A DNA stretch of 64,000 nt. It comes from Anaerolineae bacterium. GTDB lineage: Bacteria; Chloroflexota; Anaerolineae; CG2-30-64-16. Shown in pieces: positions 43,278 to 51,772 of this stretch. The stretch covers positions 1,272 to 65,271 of the forward strand of contig JBBQRS010000008.1 in NCBI GenBank assembly GCA_038214535.1, given 5' to 3'. The notes beneath the pieces were generated by a model that saw only the letters and a list, made by a program, of their open reading frames with translations, ran no database searches and was not told the origin of the DNA. The position numbers and the translations under genes are program-made. Every line of letters starts with the position of its first letter. Positions within the stretch are counted from its first letter, which is position 1.

Positions 43278-45881
43278 ATGATTCAACTCTCTGATCTGCT
43301 GGCGGCGACGGGCGGGCGGCTGCATGGGCCGGCAGCGGTCACCGCCTTCGATGCCTTCTGCTACGATTCGCGGCTCGTGCAGCCGGGGCAACTTTTCATC
43401 GCCGTGAAGACGGAGCGCGCCGACGGGCACGCATACATCCGCGACGCTGTGGCGGGCGGCGTGACCGGCGTGCTTTGCCAGACACCTATTGACATAAGCG
43501 ACGCGGCAGTGACCTGCGTGGTCGTGCCCGATACGCGGCTGGCGCTTCAGGCGTGGGCGCAGTATGTCCTGGCGCGGCAGGGCGTCGCGGTGATCGGCGT
43601 GACGGGCAGCGTGGGCAAGACCACCACGAAAGAAGCGATCGCCGCGGTGCTGGATGGCGAGATGCCCATCTTCAGGAACCGGGCTAACTACAACGGCCTC
43701 TATGGACTTCCCATCGCGCTAGGCGAACTGCGCCCCGAACAACGATTGGCGGTGCTGGAGCTGGCCGCCGATCACGCGGGCGAGATCGCGCGCCTGTGCG
43801 CAATCACTCGGCCGCGCGTAGGGGTGGTCACTACGGTCGAGCCGGCGCATCTGGCGACGTTCGGCGACCTGGCGGCGATTGCCCGCGAGAAGGGCGAGTT
43901 GGTGGCCGCGCTGCCCGCCAATGGGCTGGCCGTGCTCAACGCCGATGACCCGCGCGTGGCGGCGATGGCGGCGCGTTCGGCTGCGCCCGTGATCCGTTAT
44001 GGCACAGACCGCAACGCAACGGCCGCGTGCTGCGACATCTACGCCTCGGAGATCATCGTCACGCGCGAGGGCGTGCATTTCCACGTCGAGACGCCTGCAG
44101 GCCGAGGCCACGTGCGCCTGCCGCTGTTGGGGCGGCATCAGGTGTATGCGGCGCTGGCCGCGCTGGCCGTTGGGTTGCACCATGGCGTCGCGCTGGATGC
44201 GATCACGGCGCGGTTGGAGGCGCTGCCGCGCTTGCCGGGGCGGTTGAACCCGCTGCCCGGACGCCGCGGCAGCCTGATCCTCGATGATTCCTACAGCGCC
44301 AGCCCCGCCGCAGTGGAAGCCGCGCTGGAGACGCTGGCGGCGTTGGAGGCGCGGCGGCGCGTGGCCGTGCTCGGTGACATGCTGGAGCTGGGCGACTATG
44401 AGGCCGCCGGGCATGAGGTCGTGGGTCAACGCGCCGCGCAGACGGTGGATCGGCTGATCACGCGCGGCAACCGGGCGCGGCAGACGGCGGACGCGGCGCG
44501 GGCCGCGGGGCTGGCCGCAGATCAGGTCGTGGTGACGTATACGGCGGAGGACGCGGCGGAGGCGGCGCTTGAGGGGCTGGGGCCGGGCGACGTGGTGCTG
44601 GTGAAGGGGTCGCTGGCGACGCGCATGGAGCAGGTGACGCGCCTGCTGATGGCCGAACCGGAACAGGCCGCGGATCATCTGGTGCGCCAGGATGCGGCCT
44701 GGCGGCAGACCATCACCGTCAGCCCCGACCGGCCCACCTGGTTGGAGATTGATCTGGGGGCCATCGCCAATAACGTGCGCCGGTTGAAGGCGCTGGCGGG
44801 CGAGGGGGGAATCCTCATCTCGTTGAAGGCGGACGCGTACGGGCATGGCGCGATCCAGGTGGCGCAGACGGCGCTGCTGAACGGCGCGAGCTGGCTGGGC
44901 GTGGCCTGCCTGAGCGAAGGGGCCGCGTTGCGCGACGCGGGGATCGCCGCGCCGATCCTGGTGCTGGGCTACACCCCCGCGTGGCAGGCGCGTGACGTGC
45001 TGCGCCGTGACCTGACGCCCGCGATCTTCGACCTGGACACGGCGACGGCGTACTCGCATGCGGCGCAGGCGCTCGACCGGACGGCGCGCGTTCACGTGAA
45101 GGTGGACACGGGGATGGGCCGGCTGGGGGTGTTCCCCGCAGACGCGCCCGCGTTCGTGGCGGCTGTCCGCGCGCTGCCCGGCGTCGAGGTGGAGGGCATC
45201 TTCACGCATCTCTCAGTGGCCGACGGGGATACGGAGTGGGAGGCAGACCACACCGCGGGCCAACTCGCCGCGTTCGACGGGGTATTGGAGGCTTTAGCGC
45301 GTGATGGTGTCATCATTCCACTTGTACACGCCGAGAATAGCGCCGGTCTCCTCCGCTCCTCTGCCCCTCCGCGCCTCCGTTCCTCCGCGCCTCCGCCCCT
45401 CCGCTCCAACATCCTCTTCCGCACCGGCATCGCGGTCTACGGGCTGCACCCGTCGCTAGGCGTGCAGTTGCCCGCGGGGTTCCGACCCGCGCTGGCATGG
45501 AAGACGCTGATCGCCCAGGTGAAGGAGCATCCGGCGGGCAGCCCCGTGGGCTATGGCGCGACTTATCGCACGGCAGGAGTCGAGCGGATTGCCGTGATCC
45601 CGGTGGGCTACGCGGACGGGTTCCGCCGCGCGCCGCAGAACTGGGGCGAGGTGTTGGTGCGCGGCCGCCGCGCGCCCATCGTGGGCCGCGTCTGCATGGA
45701 TCAGGCGATGATCAACGTGACGGAGATTCCCGGCGTGCAGCAGGGCGATGAGGTGGTGCTGATCGGCGCGCAGGGTGAGGATCGCATCACCGTAGAGGAG
45801 GTCGCCGCGCGGCTGGGGACGATCAACTACGAGGTGGTGTCGGGCATCCTGGCGCGCGTCCCGCGCGAGACGCCGGTGTAG
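43278..45881 (+). CDS. murF-alr: Bifunctional MurF (UDP-MurNAc-tripeptide--D-Ala-D-Ala ligase) / alanine racemase fusion
   Basis: N-terminal Mur ligase with GVTGSVGKTTTKE. C-terminal Alr with PLP-Lys region LKADAYGHGA and ...ENSAG...YGL. Single 867-aa ORF. Confidence 0.88.
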   Translation: MIQLSDLLAATGGRLHGPAAVTAFDAFCYDSRLVQPGQLFIAVKTERADGHAYIRDAVAGGVTGVLCQTPIDISDAAVTCVVVPDTRLALQAWAQYVLARQGVAVIGVTGSVGKTTTKEAIAAVLDGEMPIFRNRANYNGLYGLPIALGELRPEQRLAVLELAADHAGEIARLCAITRPRVGVVTTVEPAHLATFGDLAAIAREKGELVAALPANGLAVLNADDPRVAAMAARSAAPVIRYGTDRNATAACCDIYASEIIVTREGVHFHVETPAGRGHVRLPLLGRHQVYAALAALAVGLHHGVALDAITARLEALPRLPGRLNPLPGRRGSLILDDSYSASPAAVEAALETLAALEARRRVAVLGDMLELGDYEAAGHEVVGQRAAQTVDRLITRGNRARQTADAARAAGLAADQVVVTYTAEDAAEAALEGLGPGDVVLVKGSLATRMEQVTRLLMAEPEQAADHLVRQDAAWRQTITVSPDRPTWLEIDLGAIANNVRRLKALAGEGGILISLKADAYGHGAIQVAQTALLNGASWLGVACLSEGAALRDAGIAAPILVLGYTPAWQARDVLRRDLTPAIFDLDTATAYSHAAQALDRTARVHVKVDTGMGRLGVFPADAPAFVAAVRALPGVEVEGIFTHLSVADGDTEWEADHTAGQLAAFDGVLEALARDGVIIPLVHAENSAGLLRSSAPPRLRSSAPPPLRSNILFRTGIAVYGLHPSLGVQLPAGFRPALAWKTLIAQVKEHPAGSPVGYGATYRTAGVERIAVIPVGYADGFRRAPQNWGEVLVRGRRAPIVGRVCMDQAMINVTEIPGVQQGDEVVLIGAQGEDRITVEEVAARLGTINYEVVSGILARVPRETPV
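45351..45407 (+). repeat. In-frame 24-nt tandem repeat (LRSSAPPR x 2.4) inside the Alr domain
   Basis: ctccgctcctctgcccctccgcgc / ctccgttcctccgcgcctccgccc / ctccgctcc. CTCCGC-rich, like the intergenic GCGGAG word family. Confidence 0.85.
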
Positions 45882-45965
45882 GAAGACGGCCACGAATCGC
45901 ACGAATTGAACGAATTTGCCTTAGGCCTCAGATTGTGAGCAGCCGGACAAAGTACGTAGGACGCG

Positions 45966-46604
45966 TCACCCCCGCGCCAACCACAACAGGCCGACCGTGA
46001 CCACCCCGCCGAGCAGCGCGCCGGCGACCGTTTGCGCGGGGGTGTGGCGCACGAGCCGGACGCGCGACCAGCCCACCAGCCCGACCAGCGGGGTTGTCAG
46101 AAGCGCGATGGGGCCGAGCATGGCGATGAACATCGCGGAGAGAGATGCGGCGGCGGCGCTGTGGATGCTGATTTTCCAACGCAGGGTGATCACCATCACC
46201 AGGGCAAGCTGCGCCCAGATGATCGCGCTCCACGCGGCCAGCAGGCGCGGCGCGCCGCCCAGCCACAGCACGATCCCCGCGCCGCCCATGCAGACCAGCG
46301 TGAAGAGCATCGGTCGTAGCCGTTCTTCGCGACGTGAGACGTCGAGGTCGCTCACCAGCCCGCGGCGATAGAGAAACAGGATGTAAAGCAGGGGCAGGCC
46401 GACGCCCAGCGCGACGTAAAGCGCCAGCCAGTCAAACGCGCCGGCCTGGCCGACGAAGCGCGCCAGCCACGCGAAGGCGACCAACAGCAACACCGGCGGG
46501 CTGGCGACCGCCGATATCAAAGCGGGAAACGTGATGTCGGCGGCGTCCCGGCGGGCGCCCTGCAGACGGTCTGTGATTGCCTGGCGGTTCATGGTGATAG
46601 CCAC
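45966..46604 (-). CDS. PAP2 superfamily membrane phosphatase-like protein
   Basis: Multi-TM. KISIHSA (SxH) and SRVRLVRHTPAQ (SRxxxxxH) motifs. GTG start 5 nt after AAGGAGG. Confidence 0.7.
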   Translation of the reverse strand: MAITMNRQAITDRLQGARRDAADITFPALISAVASPPVLLLVAFAWLARFVGQAGAFDWLALYVALGVGLPLLYILFLYRRGLVSDLDVSRREERLRPMLFTLVCMGGAGIVLWLGGAPRLLAAWSAIIWAQLALVMVITLRWKISIHSAAAASLSAMFIAMLGPIALLTTPLVGLVGWSRVRLVRHTPAQTVAGALLGGVVTVGLLWLARG

Positions 46605-46826
46605 GACCCCCTCCTTATGTCCTTCATGTCTTTCCCTTTGTGACCGGTCAGGTCACGGAGGGGAGCGATGCGCAGGTTTCGGGCCAGCTTCTTACTCAGC
46701 CAGGGTCACGTGATGGATGGTGACTGCGCTGAAAAAAATGCGCCGGACGCTGGTTGAGCGCCCGGCGCTTTGGTTCGTTGGTGTTCAGGTGCTAACGCTG
46801 CGGCAGGCGAGCCTTGCCCGCGTCTA

Positions 46827-48176
46827 TCAGGTCTCCGGCGAGATCCCAGCCATGCTGGGCCGCGCCGCCAACCGTGCCGGCGGTCCTGCCGACGACCGGC
46901 CCGATAAAGCCGGTGGCTTTACCCACTGCCGACCCGACGCCGTCCGTGGCTTTATCACCGCCGATCCGATGCCATCCGCGGCCTTACCGACCACCGGCCC
47001 GACGGTCCCGGCGACATCCGGCAGGTCGCCGGAGACTTTACCCTCTAGTTCACGTTCGCTCAACGGCGTGGCGAGATGCCTTTCCAGCGAGTAACCCGCT
47101 TCGCCAACCTCTGCGCCCGCGCCCGCAGATACCTTGATGATGGGCGCTTCCACGTTGGCCTCGACGCGGGCGTAGCCGCCTTCCTGGCCGCCGGGGAACG
47201 GTACAAATGCCTGGATGCGCGCCCCGCTGTCAAACACGATCTCCGGTTGCACGCTCGAAGCGAGCACGCCGTCAACCTTCACGCCGTCGCGGCTCACGGT
47301 CATTTCGCCTTCCAACTGCACCGGTTCCGCTTCAATCCCCAGCCGGGTCGCGATCAAACCGCCATCCATGCGATACGCGCCGCTCAGCGTCAGGTAGCTC
47401 TCGCTCAGGTCTTTGCTGAACTTGCCCGACAGCCCGAATTGCGTGCGCTCACGAATCGGCAACGAATCGGGGACGTAGGCGCCGACCCCCGTGCTTTCCA
47501 GCACACCGCCCAGCAGGGCGACCTGATCTATGTTCGAAAGCGTGACCTGGCCGTCAAGATAGGCCACGGCCTCTTCGGTATCAATCACCAGCCGCGCCCG
47601 CTGGCCCGGCTCCAGCCCGAGCGAAAACTCGTTGGCGTTGCCGGGTGTCCGGCCCGCCACGTCGAAGGCGGAGTCAACGTCGAAGAACAGATAGGACCGC
47701 TCCGGGTCGAGCTCCAGCCCCGTGTTCGCCAGGTTCTTGCCCAGGTCCTGGCCCACTTCGGCGCACGCCGGGGTGACGATGCGCACATCGTCGAGCAGGC
47801 CAAAGGTCGGGAATGGCATGTCCGCCGTGCCGCGCAGTTGCTCGATTGAGCCGTCTTCAGCCAGATTCACCATCAGTCGGGCGTCGGTCAGTTTCACGTC
47901 GCCGATGGGCAGCGCCAGGGTGATGTCCTGGTTGATGGCGACGGCCGCACCGTCCTGGTTGAAGGGTAGCAGGCTTAGCGCCAGGTTGGCGCCGTTGCGG
48001 AGCGCCACGGGCAAGCTCTCGGCGTCTACTTGTAGCCGGCAAGCGCCGGAATCGCAATTCAGGGAGAGCTTGTTGGGTTCGGGTGGGGCGGCAGACGCCG
48101 CGGCCGGGCCGACGACCGAAATGCTCAACGCTGTGACAATCAGCAGCGCAGGCACGACTTTTTTCAAGAATGACAT
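46827..48176 (-). CDS. Secreted hypothetical protein; C-terminus probably frameshifted (true end likely 46792)
   Basis: Signal peptide MSFLKKVVPALLIVTALSISVVGPAAASA. The tail after ...GKAADGIGSAV turns Arg/Pro-rich, while an alternative frame repeats the KA.DG.GSAV motif. Confidence 0.65.
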   Translation of the reverse strand: MSFLKKVVPALLIVTALSISVVGPAAASAAPPEPNKLSLNCDSGACRLQVDAESLPVALRNGANLALSLLPFNQDGAAVAINQDITLALPIGDVKLTDARLMVNLAEDGSIEQLRGTADMPFPTFGLLDDVRIVTPACAEVGQDLGKNLANTGLELDPERSYLFFDVDSAFDVAGRTPGNANEFSLGLEPGQRARLVIDTEEAVAYLDGQVTLSNIDQVALLGGVLESTGVGAYVPDSLPIRERTQFGLSGKFSKDLSESYLTLSGAYRMDGGLIATRLGIEAEPVQLEGEMTVSRDGVKVDGVLASSVQPEIVFDSGARIQAFVPFPGGQEGGYARVEANVEAPIIKVSAGAGAEVGEAGYSLERHLATPLSERELEGKVSGDLPDVAGTVGPVVGKAADGIGSAVIKPRTASGRQWVKPPALSGRSSAGPPARLAARPSMAGISPET

Positions 48177-48366
48177 CTATTGATACCTTTCGTTAGATAT
48201 GGCCGGCGGGCGCAGCCGAATGATGATGAATGAATAAATCTTGCCCGTAGAGATAACACGTCGCCGGATCATCTCCAGCGACTTACAACAATTATATCAC
48301 GTTATTGTTAGCAATACATAAGAAAAATGCCGACATCGCAGCGACATTTGGCCGACAGCGGCCGCG

Positions 48367-48885
48367 TCAGTCGGTGTCGGTGGCGCAGAGCAGCGTCCAG
48401 ACATCGGCCGCGGCGTCTATCGCGAGGACCGTGCGATCCCACGGGCCGCCCATGAACCAGCCCGACCACGGAGCGCGCGAGAAGTAGGCGCGTAACGCCA
48501 TCCGAGCCGTATCGGCCAACGCATCCACAGCGTTGACGGCCAGTTGGCGCGCTGCCGGCGCGTTCTCGAAACGGCGGTATGCGCCGCCTTCCATCAATAT
48601 TTCGGCCAGCGCGCCTTCCAGCGCATACGCTCCCAGCAGGCAGTAAGCGGGCATCCCCGAAGGGCCGATGGGCGGCGCCTTGGGGGTGGCGGCGAGGAAC
48701 GCGGCCAGCGCGGGCGCGGCGGACGCCGGGGCATGCAGGCTGAAGCGCGGGACGGGGCCGGAGACTTGCCGGTAGCTTTGCAATATGACCCGGCCATTGA
48801 GATAAAGTGCGGCCACCGCGTCGCGATAGGCCAGCAGGCGCGCATCGGTGACCGGGATTGGAACGAATTTCGGCGTGGCCGACAT
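48367..48885 (-). CDS. Hypothetical cytoplasmic protein (172 aa)
   Basis: Start trimmed to MSATPKFVPIPV (AAGGAAG RBS). No motif recognised. Confidence 0.6.
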   Translation of the reverse strand: MSATPKFVPIPVTDARLLAYRDAVAALYLNGRVILQSYRQVSGPVPRFSLHAPASAAPALAAFLAATPKAPPIGPSGMPAYCLLGAYALEGALAEILMEGGAYRRFENAPAARQLAVNAVDALADTARMALRAYFSRAPWSGWFMGGPWDRTVLAIDAAADVWTLLCATDTD

Positions 48886-48912
48886 GCGGCTTCCTTTTAA
48901 TATGTTAATGGC

Positions 48913-49074
48913 AGGAATTCCAAATATAGGCGAAACAAGTGCTGTCACGGTAACGTGAGCGAGTTAACCATGCGACGTTCGTTACGGCGAGGTTCGAGCG
49001 AAGAATCTCTTGCTCGTGAGGCCGAGATGCTTCACTCCGTTCACGGTACCGTGACAGGCTACATTGGAATTCCT
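48913..49074. mobile_element. MITE-like insertion with 11-bp flanking direct repeats
   Basis: Ends AGGAATTCCAAAT / CATTGGAATTCCT are inverted repeats. ATGTTAATGGC is present at 48902-48912 and 49076-49086. Internal long stem ctgtcacggta.. / ..taccgtgacag. Confidence 0.6.
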
Positions 49075-49147
49075 GATGTTAATGGCGGTATGTTAGATCA
49101 ATGGAACCCGGATACGGTATAATGCGTCTTGATGATATCACAGATGG

Positions 49148-49780
49148 ATGAAAGGCAGCCCGGTTGACATGACTCGCGCCGCAACGGACCCGCTCTCGGC
49201 CTTCCACCGCGTCTTCGATCTCTTCTACCCGACGATCCGTCTGGTCTATGAGAAGGGGTTCGGGAACCGGTGGTTCGATCGCATCACGCCCACGGACGAG
49301 ATCCCGGAAGAAATCTGGCTGGGCGGCGCGCCGACCTATGACCGCGACTATGCCTTCCTGAAGGATGCGGGGATTGCGGCGGTGATGAACATCCGCGCCG
49401 AACGCCCCGATGATACCGCGCTGTATGACGCGCATGATATCACCCACGTGCGCTACTTCGTGCCGGATGTCGGCGTGCCGCCCGATGATGTGTTGACGGA
49501 CGGCGTCGCCTGGATTAACAAGCAGGTGAAGGCGGGTCGCCCCGTGTTGGTGCATTGCGCCAAAGGCCGCGGCCGGTCGGCGGCGATGCTGGCGGCGTAT
49601 CTGATGGGTTGTCACGGCATGTCGTTCGATGAGGTTGAGTTGCTGCTCACCTCACGGCGCAAGCTGGTGAAGTTGGAGTCGCGTCATCGCACGAAGCTCG
49701 AGGCGTGGTTGCGCGGGGCGAAGAATGCCGACGCGCGCCACGCCGTCAACTGCACGGAAGCGCCGACCGCAGGCGGATAA
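49148..49780 (+). CDS. Dual-specificity / Cys-based protein phosphatase
   Basis: Active site VLVHCAKGRGRSAAM (HCxxGxxRS). Confidence 0.8.
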   Translation: MKGSPVDMTRAATDPLSAFHRVFDLFYPTIRLVYEKGFGNRWFDRITPTDEIPEEIWLGGAPTYDRDYAFLKDAGIAAVMNIRAERPDDTALYDAHDITHVRYFVPDVGVPPDDVLTDGVAWINKQVKAGRPVLVHCAKGRGRSAAMLAAYLMGCHGMSFDEVELLLTSRRKLVKLESRHRTKLEAWLRGAKNADARHAVNCTEAPTAGG

Positions 49781-49823
49781 TTTCTCCTCAGGTTTTACCG
49801 TTTGTAGTGCGTAAGCCCGCCGG

Positions 49824-49879
49824 GCGCTCTCACGAGCGTGCTACGAACAAGCTGCGCTCTCACGAGCGCACTACGAACA
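49824..49879. repeat. Two tandem 26-nt units (period 30), each with a small GC hairpin
   Basis: gcgctctcacgagcgtgctacgaaca and gcgctctcacgagcgcactacgaaca, between convergent genes. Confidence 0.8.
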
Positions 49880-49887
49880 GGATGCAT

Positions 49888-50808
49888 TCAGGTTATAGCA
49901 TAGGTGCGTACGTCGGCAAAGTGGCGGCGCAGGGCGGCGTGATGCTTGATCGCCGGGTGGCCAAAGATGACGACCAGTCCCTGTTGGGCTTTCGGCGGCA
50001 AGCCGTATTTCGCCTGGAGCGCCTTGTTCTGCTTCATGGCATAGCCGGGGAAACCCAACATGCAGCCGCCCAACCCCAGCGCGTGGCCCGCGAGCATGGC
50101 GTAGGTTGCGGGGATGAAGGGGTCGGCCATATCGGCGGCCCCGGACGCGTAGAAATAGAACGCCAGCGGAGCGTCATAGAAGAACCAGTCCTCGCCCTCT
50201 CGATCACCTTCAACGTACTTCTCGATGGCGGGCAGGACGAACTCTTGCATGGCGGCGTAATCTGCGTGCGACATGAAGGGGCGCAGCGCGAGGCCCAGCG
50301 GTGGGGCGAACATGCGTCGCCACCCCGCGAGCACGTGCAGCAGGTCATCGCGAAAGGCGCGCACCGCGGCGCGCCCCTCGAACACCAGCACGCCCACCTC
50401 GCTGGGGGGCAGGCCCATCGGCGCGGTCGCGGCGGCATCCAGGATGCGCTCGACCAGGCCGTGCTCCACCTCCGCAGCGCGGAATTCGCGCACGCTGCGT
50501 CGCGCCAGCATGAGATCGTACAGTGCGTCATAGGTTGCTCGCTGCGCGACGGGCGGCAGGGCCAGCATATCCTCCGGCCCGAAATCGCGCCCGCGCACGG
50601 TGATCGCGTTGTTCGGACAAACGGTCATGCAGTGGCCGCAGGCCATGCACCCGAACACCCGCGTTTGGTCCACACGCACGCGCCCATCCTCCAGATAGAG
50701 CGGCGCACCCTTGCACACGCGCACGCACAGCCCGCACGCGTTGCAACGCGCTGCGTCAATCGTGACGTCTGCGACCCCGCCGCCGCGCCCAAAGTTCAAA
50801 CCGGTCAT
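49888..50808 (-). CDS. Nitroreductase family protein with an N-terminal 2x[4Fe-4S] ferredoxin domain
   Basis: Start trimmed to MTGLNFGRGGG (AGGAGGA RBS). CNACGLCVRVC and CMACGHCMTVCP, then a nitroreductase-like C-terminal domain. Confidence 0.75.
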   Translation of the reverse strand: MTGLNFGRGGGVADVTIDAARCNACGLCVRVCKGAPLYLEDGRVRVDQTRVFGCMACGHCMTVCPNNAITVRGRDFGPEDMLALPPVAQRATYDALYDLMLARRSVREFRAAEVEHGLVERILDAAATAPMGLPPSEVGVLVFEGRAAVRAFRDDLLHVLAGWRRMFAPPLGLALRPFMSHADYAAMQEFVLPAIEKYVEGDREGEDWFFYDAPLAFYFYASGAADMADPFIPATYAMLAGHALGLGGCMLGFPGYAMKQNKALQAKYGLPPKAQQGLVVIFGHPAIKHHAALRRHFADVRTYAIT

Positions 50809-51034
50809 GGCGTCCTCCTGCTGAGGTAACAAGCCCATCTCGTCGTTGATGTTGCGCATCAGCTTATCTCTATTTTACTGTAAATCGGGGCGCGTGGATA
50901 GTTATCTCGCCACGGCGCACCGGGGATGCCATCGGGCGAACCGACCGCGGCTCAGGCCGCGACTGAAGCGCCGGTCGCCGTGCTGACGGATTACCCTCAG
51001 GGGCAGGCTCTCTCTGGATTTGACCACTAGACAA

Positions 51035-51087
51035 GTAGACAAGGAAACAAGGAGAACGCCAGGAGCTCCTCTTGTTTCCTTGTCTAC
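51035..51087. repeat. Word palindrome (GACAAGGAAAC words)
   Basis: gtagacaaggaaacaaggag pairs with ctcctcttgtttccttgtctac. The right arm contains the DinB stop codon. Confidence 0.85.
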
Positions 51088-51587
51088 CTATTTCCTTGCT
51101 CCTGCACGAAGATAATGAAATCCAGGTTGCCGGGCGACTCGCCGTAGGCCGTGAGCAGGATGGCAGCCTCGGAGCGATGCTGGATGCCGTGCAAGACGAT
51201 GTAGATCAGCGCCTGCCACAATACCTCGTCGCGCCAGGCCCCGCGCGATACCACGTAGCGAAATTTCTCCGCAAGTTGTTCATCTGTGATCCCCGCCAGA
51301 TACTCGCGCATCGCGACTTGCTGGGCATCCCACGCGTCGTTGAGCGCGGCGACCGTAGTGATCCCCTCCAGGTCGGCCAGGTCTGTCAGCTTACCGCCAT
51401 CGCGCGCGCGTTGCAGCCAGACGCGTTCGGCGGCGAGCGAGTGCACGAGGGTTGCCAGCAGGCTGCCGTGCGGCGCGGGGCCGGTTGCAGTCAGTTGCTC
51501 CGGCGTGCAGCGTTCGGCGGCGTCCAGCACGCGGCGGGTGGCCCAGCAGTGATAGTCATAGAGTCGCTGTAACGATGCAACGTCCAT
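51084..51587 (-). CDS. DinB family protein
   Basis: YDYHCWATRRVL...LVHSLAAERVW...HGIQHRSE His-triad pattern. Confidence 0.8.
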   Translation of the reverse strand: MDVASLQRLYDYHCWATRRVLDAAERCTPEQLTATGPAPHGSLLATLVHSLAAERVWLQRARDGGKLTDLADLEGITTVAALNDAWDAQQVAMREYLAGITDEQLAEKFRYVVSRGAWRDEVLWQALIYIVLHGIQHRSEAAILLTAYGESPGNLDFIIFVQEQGNR

Positions 51588-51772
51588 ATACAGCCCTCCT
51601 GTAGAAATTTGATGATCGGCATAGGTTACATGCGCGGCGGGCGGCTGTCAAGATGGCGGATCAAAACACTATCCACCGCGCCGGCGCGCTTGTCGCGTGC
51701 GCCAGCGAGCAGGATGGTTTGCTGCTATAATAGATCTCATAACGTGTGCAATCCGTGAGGAGCGAGAATCGT

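Noticed and set aside
46717-47137. Plus-strand ORFs 46717-47094 and 46814-47137
   Set aside because: They are opposite the C-terminal region of the secreted protein gene. Their Pro/Arg-rich composition reflects the antisense of a Gly/Ala/Val repeat.
49118-49123. TATAAT box upstream of the phosphatase gene as a promoter
   Set aside because: There is no acceptable -35 box or TG extension at the right spacing. It is too weak to list as a feature.
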